From a virus: a stretch of 50,875 bases of DNA. The notes beneath the pieces were generated by a model. It made no database searches. It saw only the letters and a list, made by a program, of their open reading frames with translations, and was not told where the DNA came from. Of the stretch, positions 1-8,775 are shown one piece after another (position 1 is the stretch's first letter; each line of letters starts with the position of its first letter). The stretch is from IMG/VR virus record IMGVR_UViG_3300045988_097988; one strand, given 5' to 3'. The position numbers were made by a program, and so were the translations under genes.

Positions 1-24
1 TGGAGCGGGCAATGGGAATCGAAC
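1..24 (-). repeat. attL core: displaced copy of a tRNA 3' end (T-loop, T-stem 3' strand, acceptor 3' strand, discriminator U, CCA)
   Basis: The reverse complement is GTTCGATTCCCATTGCCCGCTCCA. It is identical to 50852..50875. Sequence to the right (25..80) does not complete a cloverleaf, so this is a fragment. Confidence 0.85.
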
Positions 25-140
25 AACGGAAATTCTACGGCAACACGCAAAGAATAGTGCGGATTAAACGAAAGTAAATTGTTTTTATGCAAAGAGCTTG
101 CTATACAAGCAAATCCCTTTGTGGCATCTAAAAAAATAAA

Positions 141-163
141 CTGGGTCAAAAACTGGGTCAAAA
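141..163 (+). repeat. Tandem CTGGGTCAAAA repeats, candidate integrase arm-type sites (P' arm)
   Basis: CTGGGTCAAAA occurs at 141..151 and 153..163. The same tandem pair with the same AAAATAAA leader is at 50783..50805. Confidence 0.6.
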
Positions 164-184
164 TCCGGCCCGCCCAGGGACGTC

Positions 185-1318
185 CTACCCGTGAGCCTTT
201 TTGAGTGCCGCCGTCGTCGCCTCCGCCAGCTCCTCGCGCTGGCCCTGCAGCTCGTGGCGGTAGACGCCGAACGTGTCCATATTCCGGGAGTGGCCTACCA
301 GCATCTTGAGCTGGCCGTCCGTAAGCTCCCCGGCCTCGACGCTGACAAAGGTATGCCTCAGCTCGTAGAGAGTAATGCGCGGCGTGATACCGTTGCCGTC
401 TTGATACTTCTCCCACCGCCGCTTGAGTGACCGCTGGCATGGAATCTGGAACAGGGGCGTGTTGTAGTTGAGCTGGACGCCTGAGTCCTTGAGGAGCTGC
501 ACCTGAGCCTCGTATGCTTCCCGGGCCTGCTGGCACATATCAAAGCTGCGGATGCTGTTTTCATTTTTGCCCGTCGTCGTCTCGTCCTCGACGTTGACAC
601 TCCGCCGGAGGTTGACGGTGTTGCCCTTTATATCCCCGTACCAAAGGCCGACCAGCTCACCGGGGCGCAGGCCCGTAGAGACGGCGAAACGGTAGGCATA
701 GATATAATCATCAAAGATGTGTTTCGCGTACCATTTCCGGGTGTCAACCGAAAAGAGGGTGCGGAGAGCCTGCGGCTGCAAAATCTCCCTCTTTCCGACC
801 CGGGCATTTTTCGGGACGTCGAGGTCTGGATTCAGAGTCGTGTACTTATTCCGGCGGCACCATTTTACAAAAGCCTTTTCGGTGGAGCGAATAGTCGAGA
901 GCGTCTTTTTGCTCAACGGCGTATCGCCTGTGCGCTTTGCGCCCTTTTTGAGGCACCGCTTTTTGTATGACATATCGATGCACTTTTGCAAATCGCCCTC
1001 GGTCAACTCGTCTATGCGGAGATTCTCGATGACGGGCAGGATATAATAATCTCCGTATTTTGCGCACTGCTTGACGTAGGACGTGCCGCAGGTCAGCTTC
1101 AGTTCCTCGACCCACTCCCGGTAGAGTGGGCCGACCTTTTTCCTGCCATCCCGGATACTATCGTCAAGCCAAGCGTCCGCCTTTGCGTTCGCTTCCCGCT
1201 GCCCGGTACGGCCCGGAGTGCTGCTATAAAAGCTTTTCAGCACCCCGTTTTTCTGTACCCGGATGCGCCAGCGTTTTGTCTGTTCCTGCCACTCGGCTGT
1301 TGTTGTCCTCTTCCTCAA
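185..1318 (-). CDS. int: Tyrosine recombinase / phage integrase
   Basis: 377 aa. The C-terminal catalytic signature is present (LRPGE..., YELRHTF, GHS...GVYRHE). It is adjacent to attL. Confidence 0.9.
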   Translation of the reverse strand: MRKRTTTAEWQEQTKRWRIRVQKNGVLKSFYSSTPGRTGQREANAKADAWLDDSIRDGRKKVGPLYREWVEELKLTCGTSYVKQCAKYGDYYILPVIENLRIDELTEGDLQKCIDMSYKKRCLKKGAKRTGDTPLSKKTLSTIRSTEKAFVKWCRRNKYTTLNPDLDVPKNARVGKREILQPQALRTLFSVDTRKWYAKHIFDDYIYAYRFAVSTGLRPGELVGLWYGDIKGNTVNLRRSVNVEDETTTGKNENSIRSFDMCQQAREAYEAQVQLLKDSGVQLNYNTPLFQIPCQRSLKRRWEKYQDGNGITPRITLYELRHTFVSVEAGELTDGQLKMLVGHSRNMDTFGVYRHELQGQREELAEATTAALKKAHG

Positions 1319-1734
1319 TTCAGACGGCCCCCTTTCATCTCTTTATAAAAGTAATATGCCCGGCGGACGTACTCCTCTGTAGTGTCCAGCTCCTCGGCTA
1401 TCTCCCAAGCGTCCAACCCGGCCTTGAGCATGGCCATCAGCTTATCTTCCGGGATTGCGTGAAGTATATACCAGCGGTCAGCGCGGGCCTCGTGTTGCTC
1501 TTTTATATCAAAGGGCGTCCGGCGGGTATAAAATCCCCCATAGAGGCAGTGGCCCAGCTCGTGGCCAAGCCGGGCGGCTTCTTCCCCTCGGGTAAACCGC
1601 CGGGTGCTGTCCATCCCGATATAGCACCGCCCGTCCTGCTCAATGCACAAGCTACCCGTCTCCGGCAGAGGAAAGCCCAAGACTTCGACGCCGTTTTCCT
1701 CGGCTATCCTGTAAAATTCACTGGCTTTTTCCAT
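1315..1734 (-). CDS. ImmA/IrrE-family metallopeptidase (repressor-cleaving protease)
   Basis: HEXXH motif (LGHELGHCLYG). It overlaps and is co-oriented with the XRE repressor gene, the classic ImmR/ImmA arrangement. Confidence 0.8.
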   Translation of the reverse strand: MEKASEFYRIAEENGVEVLGFPLPETGSLCIEQDGRCYIGMDSTRRFTRGEEAARLGHELGHCLYGGFYTRRTPFDIKEQHEARADRWYILHAIPEDKLMAMLKAGLDAWEIAEELDTTEEYVRRAYYFYKEMKGGRLN

Positions 1735-2086
1735 TCGCGTCCCGCTCCTTTACAAAACGGGCGAAGCACTTGACCTCCTGATACTGAGCGTCTGTAGCGT
1801 CGCCCCCAAAAAGCGCGTGTTTAATATCTTCTTCTGTCACCTCGCGGCGATTAGCTGCGGGGGCTTTTTCTTTTTCAGGGGAATCTGTCTCGCCGTATAG
1901 GTATGCGCTAGTCGTTCCAAGCTGCTGCGCGCACAGGAGAACAAAATCCCGGGGAGGTTCTTTGCCGCGCTTCTCAAACATTCGGATGTAGTTGTCCGCG
2001 TGGCCGGAAAGTTGGCAGAGTGCCTTTCTCGTCATTCCGTTGCTTTTCAACAGGGCATCGAGTCGGTCAAACATAAAAGTGCTCAT
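1718..2086 (-). CDS. XRE-family HTH repressor (CI/ImmR-like)
   Basis: N-terminal HTH_3-like segment (GMTRKALCQLSGHADNYIRMFEKRGK). It is divergent from the early promoter/operator region. Confidence 0.8.
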   Translation of the reverse strand: MSTFMFDRLDALLKSNGMTRKALCQLSGHADNYIRMFEKRGKEPPRDFVLLCAQQLGTTSAYLYGETDSPEKEKAPAANRREVTEEDIKHALFGGDATDAQYQEVKCFARFVKERDANGKSQ

Positions 2087-2133
2087 AACAAACCTCCATA
2101 ATTCACTGCCAGCTAAAAATATTTTTTGAAAAT

Positions 2134-2205
2134 TAGCGAATAGCTATTTACAAATTAGCGAAAAGCTAGTATAATAAAAACGCAAAGAAAATTAGATGCT
2201 AGCTA
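2134..2205 (+). promoter_or_regulatory. Early rightward promoter with TAGC-N5-GCTA operators
   Basis: TTTACA (2147..2152), 17-nt spacer, TATAAT (2170..2175). Palindromic TAGCgaataGCTA is at 2134..2146 and TAGCgaaaaGCTA at 2156..2168 (inside the spacer). A degenerate copy is at 2193..2205. Confidence 0.7.
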
Positions 2206-2252
2206 AATAATAACATTAAAGTGCTAGAAAATCAATCGGAAAGGAATAAAAA

Positions 2253-2441
2253 ATGGCAAATCTCAAAAAATACGTCGCCACGTTCTGGCGCGGCAATCCT
2301 CAATTTAAGGCAGGCGGGTACGAGACGACCCGAACCATCGAGGCTGTTTCTATCGCCTCGGCCCGGAAAAAGGCCCGGGAGATTTCCGAACATTGCGCCT
2401 ACGGCAGTATGGAGTTGCGGAGCATCGAGAGGGAGGGTTAA
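2253..2441 (+). CDS. Small hypothetical protein (member of the KY-V-TFW / VEA-S-EA small paralogue family)
   Basis: 62 aa and the first gene after the early promoter. It resembles 10878..11042 in sequence pattern. Confidence 0.6.
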   Translation: MANLKKYVATFWRGNPQFKAGGYETTRTIEAVSIASARKKAREISEHCAYGSMELRSIEREG

Positions 2442-2442
2442 T

Positions 2443-2832
2443 ATGTTCGACATCAACAATGATTCCAAGCTGCGGGCAGCCTATATTTTTGTTATCGCTA
2501 TGGACGCCTCTCCGAAAGGGAGCAAAGGCGCACTGGACGCCTTGATGGTAGATGTGAAGCGTGAAATCCGGGCCTATATCCACCGCCCGGCGGCAGATAC
2601 CCGTATTGTACAAGAGCGCGGGTGTGACGGATATGTTGAGCTGGTACAGCTCCCGGATAGCCTCGACCGGGTACACAAGGAGATTACTGATGACTGGTTC
2701 CGAGCGACCCGTTACCTCGAGTTCTTCCCGACGCCCTACGACTGCTCAGGCCAGAAGTTTACCAGCTGGTATAAGCTCTTTCGCCGCCGGGGACATTGGT
2801 TCGCATATCACTGCGTAAGCATCGACGTTTGA
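2443..2832 (+). CDS. Hypothetical protein
   Basis: ATG at 2443 is preceded by GGGAGGG. The longer 2221 start in the ORF track runs through the previous gene in another frame. Confidence 0.6.
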   Translation: MFDINNDSKLRAAYIFVIAMDASPKGSKGALDALMVDVKREIRAYIHRPAADTRIVQERGCDGYVELVQLPDSLDRVHKEITDDWFRATRYLEFFPTPYDCSGQKFTSWYKLFRRRGHWFAYHCVSIDV

Positions 2833-2849
2833 GAGGAGGTCAAGAGGCG

Positions 2850-3092
2850 ATGAAAAGTTATACTGTAGACCTTATTCTTGAGGTTCGGGGCATAGTAGAG
2901 GTCGAGGCGGATAGCGTCACCGAAGCCTACCTCAAGGTAGGGAAGAATCCGGGCAAGTATTCCAACCCCAAGAGCTGGAACGGCATCGGGAACGCAGAGC
3001 TTAGGGCATACAGCCATATCGACTGCGTCTTTGAGCATAACGTCACGAGCGCGATTTCTACCGCCAGCGGAGAGGAGGCGAACGAAGAATGA
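2850..3092 (+). CDS. Small hypothetical protein (same small-protein family pattern)
   Basis: ATG at 2850 follows GAGAGGAGG. The protein begins MKSYTVDLILEVRGIVEVEADSVTEA. Confidence 0.55.
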   Translation: MKSYTVDLILEVRGIVEVEADSVTEAYLKVGKNPGKYSNPKSWNGIGNAELRAYSHIDCVFEHNVTSAISTASGEEANEE

Positions 3093-3361
3093 GAGGACAC
3101 ATTCAGGCCCCGGCAAAGCCCCCGGTAGGCAGCTACTGCAATATCCCGCACACCGAGCTGCGGGCCGTTATCCGAGGTCATAAGTACCGCGACCAAGACG
3201 TGGCGGAGGCAATCGGGATGCATACCAGTACGTTTTCGCTGAAGATGCGCGGTCACTCGGTTTGGCGCGGGGATGAAATCGCGGCCATCTGCGAGATGCT
3301 GGACATCCCACAGAAAGACATCGGGAAACTCTTTTTCCCGCAAATCAAGAAAGGAGCCTAA
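3089..3361 (+). CDS. HTH DNA-binding protein (Cro/DUF739-like)
   Basis: The segment DVAEAIGMHTSTFSLKMRGHSVWRGDEIAAICEMLDIP matches the phage DUF739/XRE pattern. Confidence 0.55.
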   Translation: MRGHIQAPAKPPVGSYCNIPHTELRAVIRGHKYRDQDVAEAIGMHTSTFSLKMRGHSVWRGDEIAAICEMLDIPQKDIGKLFFPQIKKGA

Positions 3362-3364
3362 ACA

Positions 3365-4279
3365 ATGGCATACGAAATCAACGAAGAGCTGGCCCGGCGG
3401 GCGCACGAGATGCGTTCCACTCGGGACTATAAGCCGGATTCGGCCACGGCGGAGTATCTGCGACAGGTCGAAGAGGCCCGGCGAATTGCCGAGGAGTCAA
3501 AAGCCCGATGCAAGACTACGGCCCAGCGGAACCGGGTAGACGGGATGCTCGACAAGTACGAGCGGACACTGGCCTTTGCCATCAACCGGGAAAATGAGGT
3601 CGGCACATGGTGTCCGAGTATCTTAATCGTCGGCGGCTCAAATTTCCCTGTGGCAAAGAAAAAGCGGCAAGTAGCCGCGATGGATGCGAACCGGGTCAAT
3701 TTTGACAAAGCCCGGGATATACTGGAAAAGATTCAGGGTTATGGCTATACGGCTCCTATCAACAGCCGCGACCCGGAAGCTCTGGCAGCCCTCCGGGAAG
3801 AACTGGACAAAGAGCGCGAGAGCCACGCCCATATGAAAGCTGTCAATGAGTATTTTAAGCGGTACGGCTCCCTAGATGGCTGCGCAGACGTCGGAGAGTA
3901 CGAGCGGGCCGAAATCGATGGCCGGATGAAGCAGTGGGGCGACCCGAGGCCGTTTGTATCGTGGCAGCTTGGCAACTCCCGCAAGCGCATTCAGCGGCTC
4001 GAAAACCGTATCAAAGAGATGGAGGCGGCTGTCGAGGCCAACGCCCAGCCCGTAGAGCTGGACGACCTCCCCGGCGTTACCTACCACGAAAACAGCGCGA
4101 CGATGCGGGTGCAGCTTATCTTTGAGGGTAAGCCAGAGCCGGACATCCGGGCCGTCCTCAAGTCTCACGCCTTTCGCTGGTGTCCCTCGCAGGGCGCGTG
4201 GCAGCGGCAGCTCAACGCCAACGGCAAGCGAGCGGCCCGCGAGGTACTGGAACAAATCAAGGCTTTACAGGGAGGTTGA
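3365..4279 (+). CDS. Hypothetical protein (possibly DUF3560-like)
   Basis: 304 aa, compact coding with an RBS. The C-terminal F-RW-PSQGAWQRQL pattern suggests the family. The family call is from memory only. Confidence 0.4.
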   Translation: MAYEINEELARRAHEMRSTRDYKPDSATAEYLRQVEEARRIAEESKARCKTTAQRNRVDGMLDKYERTLAFAINRENEVGTWCPSILIVGGSNFPVAKKKRQVAAMDANRVNFDKARDILEKIQGYGYTAPINSRDPEALAALREELDKERESHAHMKAVNEYFKRYGSLDGCADVGEYERAEIDGRMKQWGDPRPFVSWQLGNSRKRIQRLENRIKEMEAAVEANAQPVELDDLPGVTYHENSATMRVQLIFEGKPEPDIRAVLKSHAFRWCPSQGAWQRQLNANGKRAAREVLEQIKALQGG

Positions 4280-4283
4280 GACG

Positions 4284-4766
4284 ATGAATGACAAAGAGAG
4301 ATGGGCGGCAGAGGCCCGGGAACAGGTCTATAAGACCTTTGGCGTCGAACCGAAAGACGTTATGGAGAACGAGCGGGAATGCCTCTTGCAGGCGTTCCCG
4401 GGGAGCTTTATCAATAGCCGGGACGAGTTTATAGCTCACCCGCGCACGAACCAGTATTTTATCTTGAGCGACTGCAAGGCCCCGGAAGACGTCAAGGCCA
4501 AGGTGCTGGAATGGCTTTCCCGACCGTCGTGCAAGACCCAACCCTATTCTCAGGAGTGGCGCAACCGCAAGTTTCATACAGATATGCGGTTTTCGGTCAA
4601 CGCCTATCTAGATACGGACTTTTCACAAGAGGACATGGAGCTGATTTATAACTGGCTGGGGAACGCCGTCAATCATCGCTTGACGATGCTTTTTATTCGC
4701 AACGGGATGGATGTAGAGTGGCTGCGGGAGTTTGGCCCGGTTTTCCACTATCCTCCTGAAAAATAA
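4284..4766 (+). CDS. Hypothetical protein
   Basis: ATG at 4284 follows GGAGG. 160 aa. Confidence 0.55.
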   Translation: MNDKERWAAEAREQVYKTFGVEPKDVMENERECLLQAFPGSFINSRDEFIAHPRTNQYFILSDCKAPEDVKAKVLEWLSRPSCKTQPYSQEWRNRKFHTDMRFSVNAYLDTDFSQEDMELIYNWLGNAVNHRLTMLFIRNGMDVEWLREFGPVFHYPPEK

Positions 4767-4784
4767 TTGAGAGGAGATTTTTAC

Positions 4785-5333
4785 ATGAATGGTATGTTTT
4801 ATCGTGGGGAGATTTACTTTGTTCTCCCGGAGGGTAATGAGGTCGGAAGCGAGCAACGGTCAAACCGCCCCGGCATCATCGTCAGCAGCGATACCAACAA
4901 CAAATTTTCGACTACGGTGCAGGTAGTCTACCTGACGACCAAGGAAAAGAAGCCCCTTGCGACGCACGTTCATATCGAGACTGCAAAGCTGCCCTCTACG
5001 GCCCTCTGTGAGCAGATTTTTACCGTGGACAAGCTGCGTATGGATAGCTACGTCGGCAAGCTGACGCCCAAAGAGATGGAAGAGGTCGAGCGGAGCGTTA
5101 TGATTGCTCTTGGCCTCGACAACTACCTCTCTAAGCCTAAGACCGAGACGCCCGACTCTCCGGCGGCTGCCCAACCTCCGCTTCCTGCCGACGTCGTCAA
5201 GAGCTTTTCTTGGGAGAGCGAGAAGCAGCTTGCTGGGGGGGGGCTTGCCTCCCCGGAGCTTATCAGAGCTTATGCGCAGCGTGACGCCTACAAAGAGCTG
5301 CTCACAGGGATTTTGGAGCGGCGGAGAATTTGA
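4785..5333 (+). CDS. PemK/MazF-family toxin-like protein with a C-terminal extension of about 70 aa
   Basis: The sequence RGEIYFV...GSEQRSNRPGIIVSSD...VQVVYLTT...THVHI...ALCEQIFTVDKLRM matches the MazF/PemK fold signature. ATG at 4785 follows GAGAGGAG. Confidence 0.7.
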   Translation: MNGMFYRGEIYFVLPEGNEVGSEQRSNRPGIIVSSDTNNKFSTTVQVVYLTTKEKKPLATHVHIETAKLPSTALCEQIFTVDKLRMDSYVGKLTPKEMEEVERSVMIALGLDNYLSKPKTETPDSPAAAQPPLPADVVKSFSWESEKQLAGGGLASPELIRAYAQRDAYKELLTGILERRRI

Positions 5334-5345
5334 TGAGGTAGCCTA

Positions 5346-5609
5346 ATGAAAATGGTTTCTTTGGTCATCCGGGACGACGTAAAGGGCGAAAGCGGCAGTG
5401 CCGTCGTCGAGCTAAGCGGCGAGGAAATAATCCTCCTGAGCAATATCCTCTATAGGGATATAAAGCAGATGTTTGGCAGGACAGTCCCGCTTGGGCTTGC
5501 AAAGAGCATAAAGCTCTTGAACGCAATCGTCCAGCACGGCGGCGTCGATTCGTATGACATCGGCCTACTTGCCGAGATAAACGAACGGCTCGAAAAGAGA
5601 GTCAAATAA
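5346..5609 (+). CDS. Hypothetical protein
   Basis: 87 aa. It is the last gene before a terminator. Confidence 0.5.
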   Translation: MKMVSLVIRDDVKGESGSAVVELSGEEIILLSNILYRDIKQMFGRTVPLGLAKSIKLLNAIVQHGGVDSYDIGLLAEINERLEKRVK

Positions 5610-5615
5610 TTTTTC

Positions 5616-5649
5616 AGGGCGTTGGCGGAAGCTGACGCCCTTTTCTTTT
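5616..5649 (+). terminator. Rho-independent terminator
   Basis: AGGGCGT / ACGCCCT stem followed by TTTTCTTTT. Confidence 0.7.
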
Positions 5650-5699
5650 GCTCGAATTAGCTGCAAATCTAGCTGTTCACTAAATTTTCTCAGGAAAAA

Positions 5700-5741
5700 T
5701 AGCAAAAAGCTATTTACAAATTAGCTAAAAGCTAGTATAAT
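5700..5741 (+). promoter_or_regulatory. Second early promoter, near-identical duplicate of 2134..2175
   Basis: TTTACA (5713..5718), 17-nt spacer, TATAAT (5736..5741). TAGCaaaaaGCTA is at 5700..5712 and TAGCtaaaaGCTA at 5722..5734. Confidence 0.7.
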
Positions 5742-5780
5742 AAAAGCGTCAAGAGGAGCAACCCCAAAGGAGGACAAAAG

Positions 5781-5942
5781 GTGTTTAAGAAAATCGTTCG
5801 CGCAATCTCCGAAATCAAGACCGAGGTAGACCGCAGCGACTGCTACGACCAGATTGACAAGGCTTTCGATGCCGAGAAGATTTCTTTCGACGACCACGAG
5901 ATGCTGTATAAGCTGGCCGCAATGGTCAGCGTGGAGGGATAA
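5781..5942 (+). CDS. Small hypothetical protein (53 aa, GTG start)
   Basis: The RBS is AAAGGAGG and GTG is at 5781. It is below the size cut-off of the ORF track. Confidence 0.5.
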   Translation: MFKKIVRAISEIKTEVDRSDCYDQIDKAFDAEKISFDDHEMLYKLAAMVSVEG

Positions 5943-5945
5943 ACG

Positions 5946-6152
5946 ATGAAGTGGATTAAGGATTCCGACAGATACGTCCGAGAGGATGGCAAGTGCTATA
6001 TCCGGGAGCGTGAAGTCCGTATCAACGGGAAATGGTGCTGGCGTTGGTGCGTATACGGCGACGTCGGCGGCAAGTACATAGACGACGTTATAGAGATGTT
6101 CAAGACCTTGCGAGCCGCAAAAATAGCCTACGCAAACATAAACCCCGCCTGA
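5946..6152 (+). CDS. Small hypothetical protein
   Basis: 68 aa, tightly packed after the previous ORF. Confidence 0.5.
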   Translation: MKWIKDSDRYVREDGKCYIREREVRINGKWCWRWCVYGDVGGKYIDDVIEMFKTLRAAKIAYANINPA

Positions 6153-6228
6153 CGATGACCCGGCGGCACGGGTCGAAACGCTCCACCCGGAGCGTCGCGG
6201 GAGCCGACCGCAGAAAGGAGGTATAAAC

Positions 6229-6513
6229 GTGCCTCGATTGATGGAAATCGAAGAAACCCCGGGCGTAAAGACTTGGGAACCTTGCTACAACGTCGAGGAA
6301 GCGGCAAAGGTGCTGGGGGTTTGCCGCCAGCGAGTTCTTCAGATGAGGAACGAAAAGAAGCTTATAGGGTTTTCGGATGGCAGAAAAGGAAGCAAAAGCA
6401 GACTCTTTTTCAAGGTGGATGACGTCGAAAAGTATAAGGTCTACAAGAACGCACCCAAGCAGATGTCTCCGCTTCGCCCGGTCTGCGTAGAGTCGGAGAA
6501 AGATAGTGCCTAA
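6229..6513 (+). CDS. HTH DNA-binding protein (excisionase/MerR-like)
   Basis: The segment YNVEEAAKVLGVCRQRVLQMRNEKKLIGF is HTH-like. GTG start follows AAAGGAGG. Confidence 0.45.
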   Translation: MPRLMEIEETPGVKTWEPCYNVEEAAKVLGVCRQRVLQMRNEKKLIGFSDGRKGSKSRLFFKVDDVEKYKVYKNAPKQMSPLRPVCVESEKDSA

Positions 6514-6533
6514 GAGATAGGAGGATATAAACG

Positions 6534-6818
6534 ATGCGATTTGTCAAGAAATTTACCGTCGCAATGCTGGCGGCAATCGGAGCCGTTCAGGTCGTCCGGC
6601 AGGTCATCGGGGCCACGGCCCTTGCCCTTGTTGCCTTTGGCAAGTGGGAGCCTGCCGCCGCCGCAGAAGCGGCCCCGTGGCTTGTCGTTGCCGTTGTCTC
6701 CGGCTTGTCGATGTCGCTCTACGGGATGTACAAGGACAACCAGAGGTACACCCGGCAGAGTTACGGACGTATCGAGCGCAACAGCGCCCGGAACGATGAG
6801 GCCCGAAAGGCGGGCTGA
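6534..6818 (+). CDS. Small membrane protein (two predicted TM helices)
   Basis: Two hydrophobic stretches (FTVAMLAAIGAVQVV..., PWLVVAVVSGLSMSLYG). Strong RBS. Confidence 0.55.
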   Translation: MRFVKKFTVAMLAAIGAVQVVRQVIGATALALVAFGKWEPAAAAEAAPWLVVAVVSGLSMSLYGMYKDNQRYTRQSYGRIERNSARNDEARKAG

Positions 6819-6820
6819 GT

Positions 6821-6955
6821 AATGAGTTGGGGGATGTACGACATCCGGCTTGACTCTTACGGCCCGCCGATAGAGCCGCCGGATGATTATTATTTCCGGC
6901 CTCGTGAGGGGCTGGACGATGAACACGAGGAGGATACCGAGACCGATGACGAATG
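6821..6955 (+). CDS. Possible small acidic protein (44 aa)
   Basis: An open frame with ATG at 6821 that overlaps the next start as ATGA. Support is weak. Confidence 0.3.
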
Positions 6956-7881
6956 AACTGACCGTCCGGGTACAAAGCCCGGCCATTCCGGCGATTGTCT
7001 GGAATGAGGACGAGGTGAAAGCCTACATAACCGAGAAGCTGGCGAAGTACGAGGGCCTGGTCTACACCTCCGACAATATCAAGAGCGCCAAAGAAGACCG
7101 GGCCGACATCAACAAGCTGAAAAAGCAGCTTCACGACTCGACCATCGCCCTCAAGAAGTACCTTGCAAAGCCCGGCGAGGATTTCAATAAAAGGATTCGC
7201 GGGTACGAGGATATGTGTTCTCAGGCCGTGGAGCATATCGACGTTCAGGTCAAGGGCGTCGAGGATGCAGAGAAAGAGGACAAGCTCAAGGCCCTGCAGG
7301 AGGTCTACGACGCCAACATTGACGAGCTTGCCCCGCTTATCCCCTTTGAGCGGCTTTTCGTCGCCCAGTGGCTCAACAAGTCCTATAGCCTGAAAAAGGC
7401 GTCGGACGACCTGCGGGACGCCATCGGCAATATCCGCAACGACCTGCAGTTTATCCGTGAGACCTGCGGCGAGGACGTCGAGGCTTGCCAGACCGAGTAT
7501 CTCCGAACCTTGAGCGTCAACGACGCCGTGCGGGAGCATAACCGCCGCGTCGAGGCCCGTGCAAAGCTGCGGGAGAGCGAGGCGATGAGGGCCGCAGCCG
7601 AAAAGGTCAAAGCTGCTTCCCCGGTCGTCGTCCCTCCTACCCGGGAAGAGCGGGAGGCTCAGGCGAAAGCCGCCGAAGCTGCGCAGGCCCGGGCTTGCAT
7701 TACCCCTGATGGCCGTCTCGACTTTGAGGCGATGCGGTCGATGGTAACGCCGAAGCCCGCCGCCCAGACTCGCCGGAAGTATCTTTTCTGGGTCGAGTTT
7801 ACCGAGGCAGACATCGAGTGGTTCCGCAAGGGCAAAGAGGAGCGCGGCTTCCGTTACGGGCCGATTGAGCAGAGCAAATAA
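6946..7881 (+). CDS. DUF1351-family protein (accessory to the phage recombinase module)
   Basis: The N-terminus MTNELTV...NEDEVKAYITEKLAKYEGLVYTSDNIKSAKEDRADINKLKKQL fits the DUF1351 pattern. The start is chosen by homology pattern. ATG at 6883 or 6919 is also possible. Confidence 0.6.
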   Translation: MTNELTVRVQSPAIPAIVWNEDEVKAYITEKLAKYEGLVYTSDNIKSAKEDRADINKLKKQLHDSTIALKKYLAKPGEDFNKRIRGYEDMCSQAVEHIDVQVKGVEDAEKEDKLKALQEVYDANIDELAPLIPFERLFVAQWLNKSYSLKKASDDLRDAIGNIRNDLQFIRETCGEDVEACQTEYLRTLSVNDAVREHNRRVEARAKLRESEAMRAAAEKVKAASPVVVPPTREEREAQAKAAEAAQARACITPDGRLDFEAMRSMVTPKPAAQTRRKYLFWVEFTEADIEWFRKGKEERGFRYGPIEQSK

Positions 7882-7908
7882 AATTTATTCTTTCAGGAGG
7901 GTAAACAA

Positions 7909-8775
7909 ATGGGATTCAACACACGCACTGGCGCACCCGCGCCGAATACTACGGTTCAGAGCCGTTCTTTCGTATCCCGTCCCAAGCAGGAGGTAGCCGT
8001 TCAGGAGACCGACATTCAGGTGGCCCCCGTCGAGTTCGATAGCATGGACGGCCAGCACCACGTCGTATCGTTCGAGGATGTCCGCAACTTCATCTGCAAG
8101 GATGCGACCCCCGCTGAGTGCAAAATCTATTTGGAGGTCTGCAAGCAGTACAAGGCGAACCCGTTCACCCGTGAGATTTATCTCATCCACTACGACAACA
8201 AAAACGGCGATACGCCCTGCACCATCGTCCTCGGCAAGACGTTTTACCTCAAGGTGGCCGAGGGCCACCCCCAGTACGACGGTTTCGAGGCTGGCATCAT
8301 CGTCCTCGACTCGGCAGCCGGAGAAATCGACCATCGGCAGGGTTCGCTCGTCTACGATGGCGAGACGCTTGTTGGAGGTTGGGCCAAGGTCTACCGCAAA
8401 GACCGCAGCCGCCCGTATTACAGCGAGGTCAAGCTGGCCGAGTACGACACAGGGAAGTCCCTCTGGAACGGCAAAAAGTCCACGATGATTCGCAAGGTGG
8501 CTGTCAATCAGGCTTTGCGCGAGGCGTTCCCGTCACTCTTTGGCAGTCTCTATGACGAGAGCGAGGCAAACATCGATGTAGAGGCCAGCTTCCGGGATGT
8601 CAGCGAAGAGCAGCCCGAGGGCCGTACCTCCCGCCGCCGTATCAAGTCCCCCAAGAAAGAGGAACCTGCCCCGCTGGTCATCGAGAATATGGTTGAGGCT
8701 GAGGGCGACCCCTTTGCAAACCCGGAGCCGGGCGAAGCCGACGACGGCGAAGATACGGGCGGTGATGCTGAATGA
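7909..8775 (+). CDS. recT: RecT/Bet-family single-strand annealing recombinase
   Basis: The central segment ATPAECKIYLEVCKQYKANPFTREIYLIHY...IVLGKTFYLKVAE is typical of the family. It lies between DUF1351 and SSB. Confidence 0.75.
   Translation: MGFNTRTGAPAPNTTVQSRSFVSRPKQEVAVQETDIQVAPVEFDSMDGQHHVVSFEDVRNFICKDATPAECKIYLEVCKQYKANPFTREIYLIHYDNKNGDTPCTIVLGKTFYLKVAEGHPQYDGFEAGIIVLDSAAGEIDHRQGSLVYDGETLVGGWAKVYRKDRSRPYYSEVKLAEYDTGKSLWNGKKSTMIRKVAVNQALREAFPSLFGSLYDESEANIDVEASFRDVSEEQPEGRTSRRRIKSPKKEEPAPLVIENMVEAEGDPFANPEPGEADDGEDTGGDAE

Noticed and set aside
1-80. A complete tRNA gene at the left end of the window.
   Set aside because: Only the last 24 nt (T-loop to CCA) are tRNA-like. The adjoining 25..80 does not supply a T-stem 5' strand (ATGGG is needed), an anticodon arm or a D-arm. 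It is therefore the displaced att core copy.
2221-2832. The 203-aa ORF starting at GTG 2221. Similar N-terminally extended ORF-track models start at 4122, 14929, 19787, 29217, 45870 and elsewhere.
   Set aside because: The extensions are Arg/Pro/Ser-rich read-through of the preceding gene in another frame. In each case an internal ATG or GTG with a good SD lies just after the upstream stop codon.
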